In this document: positions 1 to 9,299 of the stretch, one piece after another
Position numbering within the stretch: position 1 is the stretch's first letter
Layout: the number at the start of each line of letters is the position of its first letter
Source of the DNA: Oceanicella sp. SM1341
GTDB taxonomy: Bacteria; Pseudomonadota; Alphaproteobacteria; Rhodobacterales; Rhodobacteraceae
Length of the DNA: 32,000 bases
Assembly: GCF_003448965.1 (NCBI RefSeq)
Contig: NZ_QRGC01000030.1
Span: 6,991-38,990 of the forward strand
Reading direction: 5' to 3'
Made by a program: the position numbers and the translations under genes
The notes under the pieces: model-generated
What the model was told of the DNA's origin: nothing
Seen by the model: the letters and a program-made list of their open reading frames with translations, nothing else
Database searches by the model: none

Positions 1-2
1 TC

Positions 3-1325
3 GTGTCGCCCGAGGATGCGGCGGACCTTGCCGACCTCAAGGGCTTCTCGCGCGATCTGATGGGCCAGATGGAGAAAGATCTTGGCACGCCGCTCGACTG
101 GGTCGGTGTCGATCACTGGAACACCGACAATCCCCATGTGCATATCATTCTGCGCGGACGGATGGAGGACGGCCAGGACCTTGTCATCTCCCGCGACTAT
201 ATCAAGGAGGGGATGCGCGCGCGGGCTGCCGATCTCGTCACCCAGGAACTCGGACCCCGCACCGATCTCGACATCCGGCGCGATCTGGAACGCCAGGTGG
301 AGGCCGAGCGCTGGACCCGGCTCGATCGCCAGCTCCTGCGCGATGGACGTGCAGCCAGCGTGATCGATACGGCGCCGGTGCCCGATCGCCAGCCCGACGA
401 ATACCAGCCGCTCAAGGTTGGCCGTCTGCGCAAGCTGGAAACCCTCGGTCTCGCCGCCGAGGTCGGCCCCGGCCAATGGGTGATCGACGACAAGGCCGAG
501 GCGACCCTGCGCGAGCTCGGCGAGCGCGGCGACATCATCAAGCGCATGCACCGGGCGCTGACGGAGCGCGGGATCGACCGTGGGTCGGCAAGCTATGTGC
601 TGGCCGCCGAAAGCCTCGACACGCCGATCATTGGTAAGCTGGTCGACCGCGGACTCGACGATGAGCTGAAGGGTACGGCCTATGCCGTGGTCGACGGCGT
701 CGATGGACGCACCCATCACATCCGCCTGTCCGATCTCGATGCAGCCGGGGATTCAGCGCCCGGCTCGATCGTCGAGTTGCGCCGGTTCGACAATGCGAAG
801 GGAGAACGGCGTGTCGCCCTCGCAGTGCGCTCCGATCTCGACATCGAGCGGCAGGTGACGGCGCCCGGCGCGACTTGGCTCGACCGGCAGAACGTGGCCC
901 GCGATCCCGCGGCATTGTCCGATGTCGGCTTCGGCGCCGAGGTGCGCCATGCCCTCCAGCGGCGCGCCGAACATCTTGTCGGTGAGGGCTTCGCCGAACG
1001 GACCGGTCAGCGCATCCGGTTCACCAGCAATCTGATCGACAGGCTGCGCAACCGCGAGGTGGAGCAACTCGGCGAGAAGCTCGCCGCCGAGACCGGCTCG
1101 ACCTTCAACCGTGCCGGCAGCGGCGATTATGTCGCCGGCGCCTATCGCCAGCGTTTCTCGCTCGCCTCCGGTCGCTTCGCCATGATCGATGACGGCCTCG
1201 GCTTCCAGCTTGTGCCCTGGACCCCGTCTATCGAGAAGCAACTCGGCAAACATATCTCCGGCGTCGCCCGCAACGATGGTGGCATCGACTGGAGCTTCGG
1301 TCGCAAGCGCGGCCTCGGTCTCTGA
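3..1325 (+). CDS. Relaxase/mobilization nuclease with DUF3363-type C-terminal region (5'-truncated by window edge)
   Basis: The ORF is open to the window start. It carries the relaxase histidine motif HWNTDNPHVHIILRG (HxDxxxPHxH). The long C-terminal region ends in GRKRGLGL, typical of relaxase+DUF3363 proteins found directly upstream of traG in Trb-type elements. Confidence 0.8.
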   Translation: MSPEDAADLADLKGFSRDLMGQMEKDLGTPLDWVGVDHWNTDNPHVHIILRGRMEDGQDLVISRDYIKEGMRARAADLVTQELGPRTDLDIRRDLERQVEAERWTRLDRQLLRDGRAASVIDTAPVPDRQPDEYQPLKVGRLRKLETLGLAAEVGPGQWVIDDKAEATLRELGERGDIIKRMHRALTERGIDRGSASYVLAAESLDTPIIGKLVDRGLDDELKGTAYAVVDGVDGRTHHIRLSDLDAAGDSAPGSIVELRRFDNAKGERRVALAVRSDLDIERQVTAPGATWLDRQNVARDPAALSDVGFGAEVRHALQRRAEHLVGEGFAERTGQRIRFTSNLIDRLRNREVEQLGEKLAAETGSTFNRAGSGDYVAGAYRQRFSLASGRFAMIDDGLGFQLVPWTPSIEKQLGKHISGVARNDGGIDWSFGRKRGLGL

Positions 1326-1352
1326 TCCAACAAACAGGAAAGGCCATCACCC

Positions 1353-3344
1353 ATGTCCGGTACCAAGATCCTCTGGGGGCAGATCCTCACGGTCTTTCTG
1401 ATCGTTCTTCTCACCACCTGGGGCGCGACCGAATATGTCGCCTGGAGGCTCGGGTTTCAGGCGCAGCTCGGATCGCCCTGGTTCATCCTGCTGGGCTGGC
1501 CGGTCTATCTGCCGCCGTCCTTCTTCTGGTGGTGGTATGCCTACGATGCCTATGCCCCCGACATCTTCGTCCGCGGCGCCTTCATCGCCGCGTCGGGCGG
1601 TTTCCTCGCCATCGCTGTCGCGATCGGCATGTCGGTCTGGCGCGCACGCGAGGCCAAGAAGGCGGAAACCTATGGCTCGGCGCGTTGGGCAGAGGCGCAG
1701 GAGGTGAAGTCGGCCGGGCTGCTGCGCCCCGATGGCGTGGTGCTCGGGCAATATAATCGTGACTATCTTCGCCACGACGGGCCGGAGCATGTCCTGTGTT
1801 TCGCGCCGACCCGATCAGGCAAGGGCGTCGGTCTCGTCGTCCCGTCGCTGCTGACCTGGCCCGGATCGGCGATCGTCCACGACATCAAGGGTGAGAACTG
1901 GCAGCTCACCTCCGGGTTCAGATCGCGCCACGCCCGCGTGCTCCTGTTTGACCCAACCAACGCCAAATCCGCCGCCTACAATCCGCTGCTCGAAGTGCGG
2001 CGCGGCGAATGGGAAGTGCGCGATGTCCAGAACATCGCCGACATCCTGGTCGACCCCGAAGGCAGCCTCGAGAAGCGAAACCATTGGGAGAAGACCTCTC
2101 ATGCGCTCTTGGTCGGCGCCATCCTGCATGTGCTCTATGCCGAGACGGACAAGACGCTGGCCGGTGTCGCCGCCTTCCTCTCCGACCCAGGGCGGCCAAT
2201 CGAGTCGACGCTGGCCACCATGATGAAGACGGCGCATCTGGGGCAGGGGGGACCGCATCCCGTCATCGCCAGCGCGGCGCGCGAACTGCTCAACAAGTCC
2301 GACAACGAGCGCTCGGGCGTGCTCTCCACGGCCATGTCGTTCCTCGGCCTCTATCGCGATCCTGTGGTGGCCGAAGTTACCCGGCGCTGCGACTGGCGCA
2401 TCGGCGACATCGTGGGCGCAAAAGACCCCACCACGCTCTATCTCGTCGTTCCTCCCTCCGACATCAACCGCACCAAGCCGTTGATCCGCCTGATCCTCAA
2501 TCAGGTGGGCCGTCGACTAACAGAAGATCTGCAGGCGAAAGCGGGCCGCCACCGGCTGCTGCTGATGCTCGACGAGTTTCCGGCGCTCGGCCGGCTCGAC
2601 TTCTTCGAGAGCGCACTCGCCTTCATGGCCGGTTATGGGCTGAAAAGCTTCCTGATCGCGCAATCGCTGAACCAGATCGAGAAGGCCTACGGCGCCAACA
2701 ACTCGATCCTCGACAATTGCCATGTTCGCGTCAGCTTCGCGACCAACGACGAACGCACGGCCAAGCGCGTCTCCGATGCACTCGGCACGGCCACGCAGAT
2801 GAAGGCGATGAAGAACTATGCCGGACACAGGCTCAGCCCCTGGCTCGGGCACCTCATGGTGTCGCGCTCGGAGACCGCGCGGCCGCTGCTCACCCCCGGC
2901 GAAATCATGCAGCTTCCGCCGAGCGACGAGATCGTCATGGTCGCGGGCACACCACCGATCCGGGCGAAGAAGGCCCGCTACTACGAGGACGCGCGCTTCA
3001 GCGAACGCATCTTGCCGCCACCGGCACACAGCGCGCCGAATGAGGGCCGCCCGGATGATTGGACCACGCTTCCATTGCCGGCGCGCCCGGCAGTGGCTGA
3101 GACGAAGGGTGCAACAGTGTCTCAGGACGAGGATACGACCGACTCCGAGCGCCGCCGTCAACCCGAACTCAGCCGGGTGAAGCCGGTGGAAAAGAAGGTA
3201 CCGATCGACAACCCCTTCGAACTGGATGCTGATCGAGACGAGGAGCTCGACGATGCTGCAACGCGCAATCAGCGCATGACCGGGCTCATGCAAGGGGTGG
3301 CGCGGCAGGTCTCGCTTGATCCGAACGACGGCATGGAGCTGTGA
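1353..3344 (+). CDS. traG: Type IV coupling protein TraG (VirD4 family)
   Basis: 663 aa with N-terminal hydrophobic segments. Walker A is APTRSGKGVGLVVPS and Walker B is LLLMLDEFPALG. SD AGGAAAGG lies upstream of the ATG at 1353. Confidence 0.95.
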   Translation: MSGTKILWGQILTVFLIVLLTTWGATEYVAWRLGFQAQLGSPWFILLGWPVYLPPSFFWWWYAYDAYAPDIFVRGAFIAASGGFLAIAVAIGMSVWRAREAKKAETYGSARWAEAQEVKSAGLLRPDGVVLGQYNRDYLRHDGPEHVLCFAPTRSGKGVGLVVPSLLTWPGSAIVHDIKGENWQLTSGFRSRHARVLLFDPTNAKSAAYNPLLEVRRGEWEVRDVQNIADILVDPEGSLEKRNHWEKTSHALLVGAILHVLYAETDKTLAGVAAFLSDPGRPIESTLATMMKTAHLGQGGPHPVIASAARELLNKSDNERSGVLSTAMSFLGLYRDPVVAEVTRRCDWRIGDIVGAKDPTTLYLVVPPSDINRTKPLIRLILNQVGRRLTEDLQAKAGRHRLLLMLDEFPALGRLDFFESALAFMAGYGLKSFLIAQSLNQIEKAYGANNSILDNCHVRVSFATNDERTAKRVSDALGTATQMKAMKNYAGHRLSPWLGHLMVSRSETARPLLTPGEIMQLPPSDEIVMVAGTPPIRAKKARYYEDARFSERILPPPAHSAPNEGRPDDWTTLPLPARPAVAETKGATVSQDEDTTDSERRRQPELSRVKPVEKKVPIDNPFELDADRDEELDDAATRNQRMTGLMQGVARQVSLDPNDGMEL

Positions 3345-3793
3345 ACGCGATGACCGAACGCAAGAAGAAGGCGCAGATCTCCGTCTATCTTGATCCCGGA
3401 ATCATGGAGATGCTGGCGGATTATGCCGCGCGCCGGGATCAGCCGCAGTCGATGATCGCTGAAGCCGCCATCGCCTCGTTCCTGTCGCCTGACGCCGCTG
3501 AACGGCGCGAAGCGGTGATCGTCAAACGTCTCGACCAGATCGACCGGCGCATGACCCGACTCGAACGTGACATGGGCATTGCCATCGAGAGCCTGGCCGT
3601 GTTCATCAAATACTGGGTGGCCACCACACCGGCATTGCCGGAACCGGCCGCCCAGGCCGCTCGCGCCAAGGCCGGGGAGCGCTACGATCAATTCGTCACG
3701 GCGCTCGGCCGCCGTCTCGCGAAAGGCCCGAAACTTCGACAGGAAATATCTGAAGACGTTGGGCAGACGCAGGAATCGGGCAGAGGAACCTGA
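3341..3793 (+). CDS. Ribbon-helix-helix (CopG-like) protein of the traG-trbB intergenic position
   Basis: The start is a GTG overlapping the traG stop (GTGA at 3341-3344), with an alternative ATG at 3350. The N-terminus KKKAQISVYLDPGIMEMLADYAARRDQPQSMIAEAAIASFL fits a beta-strand/helix/helix RHH fold. The gene sits at the conserved position between traG and trbB. Confidence 0.7.
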   Translation: MNAMTERKKKAQISVYLDPGIMEMLADYAARRDQPQSMIAEAAIASFLSPDAAERREAVIVKRLDQIDRRMTRLERDMGIAIESLAVFIKYWVATTPALPEPAAQAARAKAGERYDQFVTALGRRLAKGPKLRQEISEDVGQTQESGRGT

Positions 3794-3899
3794 TCAGTTG
3801 CTGATTTAAAAGCTCGCTTCGCAGATCGGAGACGATCGCTGGCACGTGCAAGCTCACGCTTCGACCGCCGCCGTTTTCCTGTATTTGCACGCCACGCTA

Positions 3900-3999
3900 C
3901 TACGACGCTAAATACTTGTTGAATCAGCTATAAATCAGGCTCTTTTAATCATCCCCGCATGGGGGTCGCCTTTTTGTCCCCGTTGGAATCGGGGATCGG
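3900..3999 (+). promoter_or_regulatory. Candidate trbB promoter/operator and structured leader
   Basis: This is the only sizeable non-coding gap in the transfer module. It has AATCAG direct repeats at 3922-3927 and 3933-3938, 11 nt apart, flanking TATAAA (3929-3934). TTGAAT lies at 3919-3924. Alternating C4/G4 tracts run from 3953 to 3994 and the last one overlaps the trbB SD. Confidence 0.35.
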
Positions 4000-4989
4000 A
4001 TGGCAGCCTCACATCACAATTCGGAAGGGATCGCTCGAGGCGCGCGGATGCTGCGCACCGCGCTCGGTCCGGCCATCGCGACTTTCCTGGAAGACCCAGG
4101 AGTCGTCGAGGTGATGCTGAACCCGGACGGACGGCTCTGGATCGATCGCCTCTCCGAGGGACTGTCCGATACGGGCGAGCATCTGTCATCGGAGGATGGC
4201 GAACGGATCATCCGTCTTGTCGCCCACCATGTCGGTGCGGAGGTCCATACCGGAAGCCCCCGCGTCTCGGCGGAACTGCCCGGAACGGGAGAGCGGTTCG
4301 AGGGACTTCTGCCGCCAGTCGTGGCGGCGCCGGCCTTCGCCATCCGAAAGCCGGCCGTCGCGGTGTTCACGCTGCTGGACTACGTGGCCGCCGGAATCAT
4401 GAGCGCCGAACAGGCCAATGTTTTGCGCCGCGCCGTCTTCGACCGCGCCAACATCCTCGTCGCAGGCGGCACTTCCACCGGCAAGACGACGCTGACCAAT
4501 GCGCTGCTCGCCGAGGTGGCGAAGACCTCTGATCGCGTCGTCATCATCGAAGATACCCGCGAGTTGCAATGCGCCGCGCCCAACCTTGTCGCCATGCGGA
4601 CCAAGGACGGCGTCGCCTCGCTCTCCGATCTCGTCCGCTCCTCGCTGCGCCTGCGCCCCGACCGAATTCCGGTCGGCGAGGTGCGTGGCGCCGAGGCGCT
4701 GGACCTTCTCAAAGCCTGGGGCACCGGCCATCCCGGCGGCATAGGGACCATCCATGCCGGCAGCGCCATCGGCGCGCTGCGCCGCATGGAACAGCTCATT
4801 CAGGAAGCCGTCGTCATCGTGCCCAGAGCGCTGATCGCCGAGACAATTGACCTCGTGGCGGTGCTCTCCGGCCGCGGTGCCGCGCGCCGGCTCTCCGAAC
4901 TCGCCCGCGTCGAGGGCCTCGGCACGGACGGCGATTACCGCATCGTGCCCGCCACCACTCATCTCCAGCCCGAAGAAGGAACCTCCTAA
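4000..4989 (+). CDS. trbB: Conjugal transfer ATPase TrbB (VirB11 family)
   Basis: 329 aa with Walker [12 protein letters not shown], plus the EDTRELQ and [12 protein letters not shown] motifs typical of VirB11/TrbB secretion ATPases. Confidence 0.95.
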   Translation: MAASHHNSEGIARGARMLRTALGPAIATFLEDPGVVEVMLNPDGRLWIDRLSEGLSDTGEHLSSEDGERIIRLVAHHVGAEVHTGSPRVSAELPGTGERFEGLLPPVVAAPAFAIRKPAVAVFTLLDYVAAGIMSAEQANVLRRAVFDRANILVAGGTSTGKTTLTNALLAEVAKTSDRVVIIEDTRELQCAAPNLVAMRTKDGVASLSDLVRSSLRLRPDRIPVGEVRGAEALDLLKAWGTGHPGGIGTIHAGSAIGALRRMEQLIQEAVVIVPRALIAETIDLVAVLSGRGAARRLSELARVEGLGTDGDYRIVPATTHLQPEEGTS

Positions 4990-5345
4990 TGATGCCCGTT
5001 GTTCAGCACCCGCGCCTGTCGCGTCTTCACCAACTGCCCGATCGTCTCACGATGGCGGCATCCGTCGCCATGCTGAGCGTGTGCATGGCCGCACCCGCCC
5101 ATGCCTCCGGCTCGTCCATGCCTTGGGAAGCGCCGTTGCAGAGCATCCTCGAATCCATCGAGGGGCCGGTCGCCAAGATCATCGCCGTCATCATCATTAT
5201 CACCACGGGCCTGACTCTCGCCTTCGGCGACACCTCCGGCGGCTTCCGGCGGCTGATCCAGATCGTCTTCGGCCTGTCGATCGCCTTCGCGGCCAGTTCG
5301 TTCTTCCTTTCCTTCTTCTCCTTCAGCGGCGGGGCGCTGGTCTGA
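4989..5345 (+). CDS. trbC: Pilin precursor TrbC (VirB2 family)
   Basis: 118 aa. The ATG overlaps the trbB stop (TAATG). A long signal-like leader ends in AHA, followed by two hydrophobic helices, and the gene has the conserved position after trbB. Confidence 0.85.
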   Translation: MMPVVQHPRLSRLHQLPDRLTMAASVAMLSVCMAAPAHASGSSMPWEAPLQSILESIEGPVAKIIAVIIIITTGLTLAFGDTSGGFRRLIQIVFGLSIAFAASSFFLSFFSFSGGALV

Positions 5346-5626
5346 TGCCGGGCGGTGTAGATCAGGGTGGAGACGTTCCCGGCTATTCGGTCCCGCTGCA
5401 CCGGGCGCTCAGCGAGCCGATCCTGCTTGGCGGCGCACCGCGTGCCATCGCCATCCTGAACGGCACACTCGCCGGAGCGGTGGGTCTCGGACTGCGCCTC
5501 TGGCTCGTCGGCATCGCCATCTGGGCGATCGGGCATTTCGCGGCGGTGTGGGCGGCCAAGCGCGATCCGCTCTTCGTCGAGGTCGGCCGCCGCCATCTGC
5601 GCATTCCCGCGCATCTCACGGTCTGA
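5345..5626 (+). CDS. trbD: TrbD (VirB3 family)
   Basis: 93 aa. The ATG shares one nt with the trbC stop (TGATG). The sequence PLHRALSEPILLGGAPR followed by a hydrophobic hairpin is typical of TrbD. The longer track ORF from 4847 is an upstream extension that overlaps trbB and trbC. Confidence 0.85.
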   Translation: MPGGVDQGGDVPGYSVPLHRALSEPILLGGAPRAIAILNGTLAGAVGLGLRLWLVGIAIWAIGHFAAVWAAKRDPLFVEVGRRHLRIPAHLTV

Positions 5627-5640
5627 GGGGAAGCGCCGCC

Positions 5641-8127
5641 ATGATGAACCTCGCCGAATACCGCAATAGAAACGCCCGTCTCGCCGATTACCTCCCCTGG
5701 GTGGCGCTGGCCGGTTCCGGCATCGTGCTCAACAAGGATGGCAGCTTCCAGCGCACGGCGCGGTTTCGCGGTCCCGATCTGGATTCCGCGGTGCCGGCGG
5801 AGCTGGTCGCGGTCGCGGGCCGTCTCAACAACGCTTTCCGCCGGCTCGGTTCGGGCTGGGCGATCTTCGTCGAGGCGCAGCGCAATCCGGCCGCGGTCTA
5901 CCCCGTCAGCACGTTTCCCGATGCAGCGTCCGCATTGGTCGATGCCGAGCGCAAAGCGGATTTCGAACAGGCGGGGTCACATTTCGAATCTTCGTATTTC
6001 CTGACCTTCACCTGGCTGCCGCCGGCCGAGGACGCCGCCCGCGCCGAGACCTGGCTTTACGAAGGCCGCGAGAAGACCGGCATCGATGCGCACGAAGCGC
6101 TGAACGGCTTCGCCGATCGCACCGACCGGCTGCTCAACCTGATCGAAGCCTTCATGCCGGACTGCCGCTGGCTCGATGACGGCGAGACCCTGACCTACCT
6201 GCATGGCTGCATTTCCACGCAGCGCCATCGCGTCCGTGTCCCCGAGACGCCCATGTATCTTGACGCGCTCTTGGCCGATCAGCCGCTCACGGGCGGGCTG
6301 GAACCGCGTCTGGGATCGGCGCATCTGCGCGTTCTCACAATCACCGGCTTTCCGACTGCGACGACGCCGGGCCTGCTGGACGAGTTGAACCGGCTGGCCT
6401 TTCCCTATCGCTGGTCCACCCGGGCGATCCTGCTTGACAAGAGCGATGCGGTGAAGCTGCTGACGAAGATCCGCCGCCAGTGGTTTGCCAAGCGCAAGTC
6501 CATCGCCGCGATCCTCAAGGAAGTGATGACCAACGAGCAATCCGTGCTCGTGGACACAGATGCCTCCAACAAGGCGGCCGATGCTGATCTCGCGCTGCAG
6601 GAGCTTGGCGCAGACTATGCCGGCATCGCCTATGTCACCGCGACGGTCACGGTGTCCGACGCCGATCCACGCATTGCCGACGAGAAGCTGCGCCTCGTCG
6701 AGAAGGTGATCCAGGGCCGCGACTTCACCGCGATGGCCGAGACCATCAATGCGGTGGACGCTTGGCTCGGCAGTCTACCCGGTCATGTCTATGCCAATGT
6801 CCGGCAACCGCCGATCAGCACTTTGAATCTCGCCCACATGATCCCCCTGAGCGCTGTGTGGGCGGGGCCGGAACGGGGAGGTCCGAGCAGTGATGGGCAT
6901 TTCACAGCGCCCCCGCTGCTCTTCGGCAAGACCGAAGGCTCTACCCCGTTCCGGTTTTCCCTTCATGTCAGCGATGTCGGGCATACGCTCGTCGTCGGCC
7001 CGACCGGCGCGGGCAAGTCCGTGCTGCTGGCGCTTATGGCGCTGCAGTTCCGCCGATATGCCGGTGCCCAGGTCTTTGCCTTCGACTTCGGAGGGTCGAT
7101 CCGTGCCGCCGCGCTCGCCATGGGCGGCGACTGGCACGATCTTGGTGGCGGGCTCAGTGAGGGATCAGAATCTTCCGTCAGCCTGCAGCCGCTCACCCGC
7201 GTCGATGACAGCGCCGAGCGCGCCTGGGCTGCCGACTGGATCGGCGCGATCCTGAAGCGCGAAGGTGTCGCGGTCACGCCCGAGGTGAAGGAGCATCTCT
7301 GGACGGCGCTGACCTCGCTGGCCTCGGCGCCGGTCGAGGAGCGCACCATCACCGGGCTGTCAGTCCTCCTTCAATCCAACGACTTGAAGCAGGCCTTGCG
7401 TCCCTATTGCTTCGGTGGCGCCTGGGGGCGGTTGCTGGATGCCGAAGACGAACATCTGGGCCATTCCACGGTCCAGGCTTTCGAGACGGAAGGGCTGATC
7501 GGGACCGAGGCGGCCCCCGCCGTGCTCGCCTATCTGTTCCACCGGATCGAAGGTCGCCTCGACGGTTCGCCGACGCTGATCATCGTCGATGAAGGCTGGC
7601 TCGCGCTCGATGACGAGGGGTTCGCCGACCAGCTCCGCGAGTGGCTGAAGACCCTTCGCAAGAAGAACGCCTCCGTCATCTTCGCCACCCAGTCGCTGAG
7701 CGACATCGATGGTAGTCCGATCGCGCCGGCGATCATCGAGAGCTGCCCGACCCGGATACTGCTCCCGAACGAACGTGCGATCGAGCCGCAGATCACCGCC
7801 ATCTATCGCCGCTTCGGCCTCAATGACCGCCAGATCGAGATCCTCGCACGGGCCATGCCCAAGCGCGACTACTACTGCCAGTCGCGGCGTGGAAATCGCC
7901 TGTTCGAGCTGGGCCTGTCGGAGGTGGCGCTGTGCCTTTGTGCCGCGTCGTCGCGCCAGCATCAGCAGCGCATCGCCGAGATCCACGCCCGAACCGGCAC
8001 CGACGGCTTCCTCCACGATTGGCTCGCGGAAAACAGCCTCGCCTGGGCGGCCGACATGATCGCCGACCTCACCAACCTCGCGTCCCGGTCTCCCATGCCC
8101 ACCACCAACGAGGAAGTTCCGACATGA
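5641..8127 (+). CDS. trbE: Conjugal transfer ATPase TrbE (VirB4 family)
   Basis: 828 aa counted from ATG 5641 (MMNLAEYRNRNARLADYLPW). Walker A is VVGPTGAGKS and the Walker B-like segment is LIIVDEGW. The position after trbD is conserved. Confidence 0.95.
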   Translation: MMNLAEYRNRNARLADYLPWVALAGSGIVLNKDGSFQRTARFRGPDLDSAVPAELVAVAGRLNNAFRRLGSGWAIFVEAQRNPAAVYPVSTFPDAASALVDAERKADFEQAGSHFESSYFLTFTWLPPAEDAARAETWLYEGREKTGIDAHEALNGFADRTDRLLNLIEAFMPDCRWLDDGETLTYLHGCISTQRHRVRVPETPMYLDALLADQPLTGGLEPRLGSAHLRVLTITGFPTATTPGLLDELNRLAFPYRWSTRAILLDKSDAVKLLTKIRRQWFAKRKSIAAILKEVMTNEQSVLVDTDASNKAADADLALQELGADYAGIAYVTATVTVSDADPRIADEKLRLVEKVIQGRDFTAMAETINAVDAWLGSLPGHVYANVRQPPISTLNLAHMIPLSAVWAGPERGGPSSDGHFTAPPLLFGKTEGSTPFRFSLHVSDVGHTLVVGPTGAGKSVLLALMALQFRRYAGAQVFAFDFGGSIRAAALAMGGDWHDLGGGLSEGSESSVSLQPLTRVDDSAERAWAADWIGAILKREGVAVTPEVKEHLWTALTSLASAPVEERTITGLSVLLQSNDLKQALRPYCFGGAWGRLLDAEDEHLGHSTVQAFETEGLIGTEAAPAVLAYLFHRIEGRLDGSPTLIIVDEGWLALDDEGFADQLREWLKTLRKKNASVIFATQSLSDIDGSPIAPAIIESCPTRILLPNERAIEPQITAIYRRFGLNDRQIEILARAMPKRDYYCQSRRGNRLFELGLSEVALCLCAASSRQHQQRIAEIHARTGTDGFLHDWLAENSLAWAADMIADLTNLASRSPMPTTNEEVPT

Positions 8128-8885
8128 TCCGCACCCGATCCAGCGCCCGGCGCTTCGCCCTGGCGCTTCTCAGCGCGCCCGTTCTTCTGACCCCGATACT
8201 GGCGACGCCCGCCTATGCGATCATCGTGTTCGATCCCTCGAACTACGCACAAAACGTCCTGACGGCGGCGCGCGCGCTCGAACAGATCAACAATCAGATC
8301 ACCTCGCTTCAGAACCAGGCGCAGATGCTGATCAACCAGGCCCGCAACCTCGCGAGCCTTCCGTTTTCCTCGCTGCAACAGCTTCAGCAATCCGTGCAGC
8401 GCACCCAGCAACTTCTCGCCCAAGCGCAGAACATCGCCTACAACGTGCAGCGGATCGATCAGGCGTTTCAGACCAAATACGCCAATGTCTCGATGTCCGC
8501 ATCGGACGCGCAGCTCGTCGCCGATGCCAGAACCCGCTGGCAGAACACCGTGGGCGGCCTGCAGGACGCCATGCGCGTACAGGCAACCGTCGTCGGCAAT
8601 ATCGAGACCAACCGCCAGCAGATGTCGGCGCTGGTGGGCGCGAGCCAGTCAGCGACGGGCGCTCTCCAGGCGACGCAGGCTGGCAACCAGCTTCTCGCCC
8701 TGCAGGCCCAGCAGCTCTCCGACCTCACAGCCGTCATCTCCGCGAATGGTCGCGCGCAGGCCCTGCACGATGCCGAGCAGGCCGCCGCGGCTGAACAGGG
8801 CCGCGAACAGCGTCGCCGCTTCCTGACCCCCGGTTCGGGCTACCAGCCCGGCAACGCCCGGATGTTCCCGGGCAGCGACAGTTGA
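8124..8885 (+). CDS. trbJ: TrbJ (VirB5-like)
   Basis: There is an ATGA overlap with the trbE stop. A signal peptide (LLTPILATPAYA) is followed by a Q/L-rich coiled-coil-like sequence typical of TrbJ. Confidence 0.85.
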   Translation: MIRTRSSARRFALALLSAPVLLTPILATPAYAIIVFDPSNYAQNVLTAARALEQINNQITSLQNQAQMLINQARNLASLPFSSLQQLQQSVQRTQQLLAQAQNIAYNVQRIDQAFQTKYANVSMSASDAQLVADARTRWQNTVGGLQDAMRVQATVVGNIETNRQQMSALVGASQSATGALQATQAGNQLLALQAQQLSDLTAVISANGRAQALHDAEQAAAAEQGREQRRRFLTPGSGYQPGNARMFPGSDS

Positions 8886-8895
8886 GGGCAGGGCG

Positions 8896-9165
8896 ATGGA
8901 CGGCAAGACCCTCGCACGCATCGGCGCCATCGTCTTCGTCGCGGTCGCGATCACCGCCACCGTGATCCAGATGACCCGCAAAGATGCGGTGCCTCCAGCG
9001 CCCGCCGCGTCCTCCGCGCCGACGGCGGACAGGCAAGATCCGCTGAGCGCGGAGCTAACCCGATGCAGCCAGGCCGGAGAAGCCGCCACACATGATCCAG
9101 CCTGCCTTAATGCCTGGGCCGAGAACCGTCGGCGTTTCCTCGGTCACAGCAGCGAAGGGCGCTGA
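8896..9165 (+). CDS. trbK: Putative entry-exclusion protein TrbK-alt
   Basis: 89 aa. The N-terminal TM segment is LARIGAIVFVAVAITATVI and the C-terminal motif is CLNAWAENRRRFLG. It sits between trbJ and trbL. Confidence 0.6.
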   Translation: MDGKTLARIGAIVFVAVAITATVIQMTRKDAVPPAPAASSAPTADRQDPLSAELTRCSQAGEAATHDPACLNAWAENRRRFLGHSSEGR

Positions 9166-9229
9166 ACGTGAAAGTAGAGATGAAGCGCTCCATCGCCTTC
9201 CGGAGACGAGTTTCTCTATCCCTCTTCCC

Positions 9230-9263
9230 GAACCGGACATGCAGGTTTCCAAGCATCCGGCTC
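9230..9263 (-). ncRNA. Group II intron domain V
   Basis: The minus strand reads GAGCCGGATGCTTGGAAACCTGCATGTCCGGTTC. This is a 34-nt hairpin with the AGC triad, a G-U wobble, a 2-nt bulge and a GAAA-type apical loop. Confidence 0.9.
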
Positions 9264-9299
9264 TCCATGCACGGGCGGTCGTCAGCCCGTGGGTGTGCC

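Noticed and set aside
2009-3293. Long alternative-frame and antisense ORFs inside traG (2009-3043 plus strand, 2517-3293 minus strand)
   Set aside because: These are GC-rich shadow frames inside a gene with unambiguous TraG/VirD4 motifs. They have no motifs of their own.
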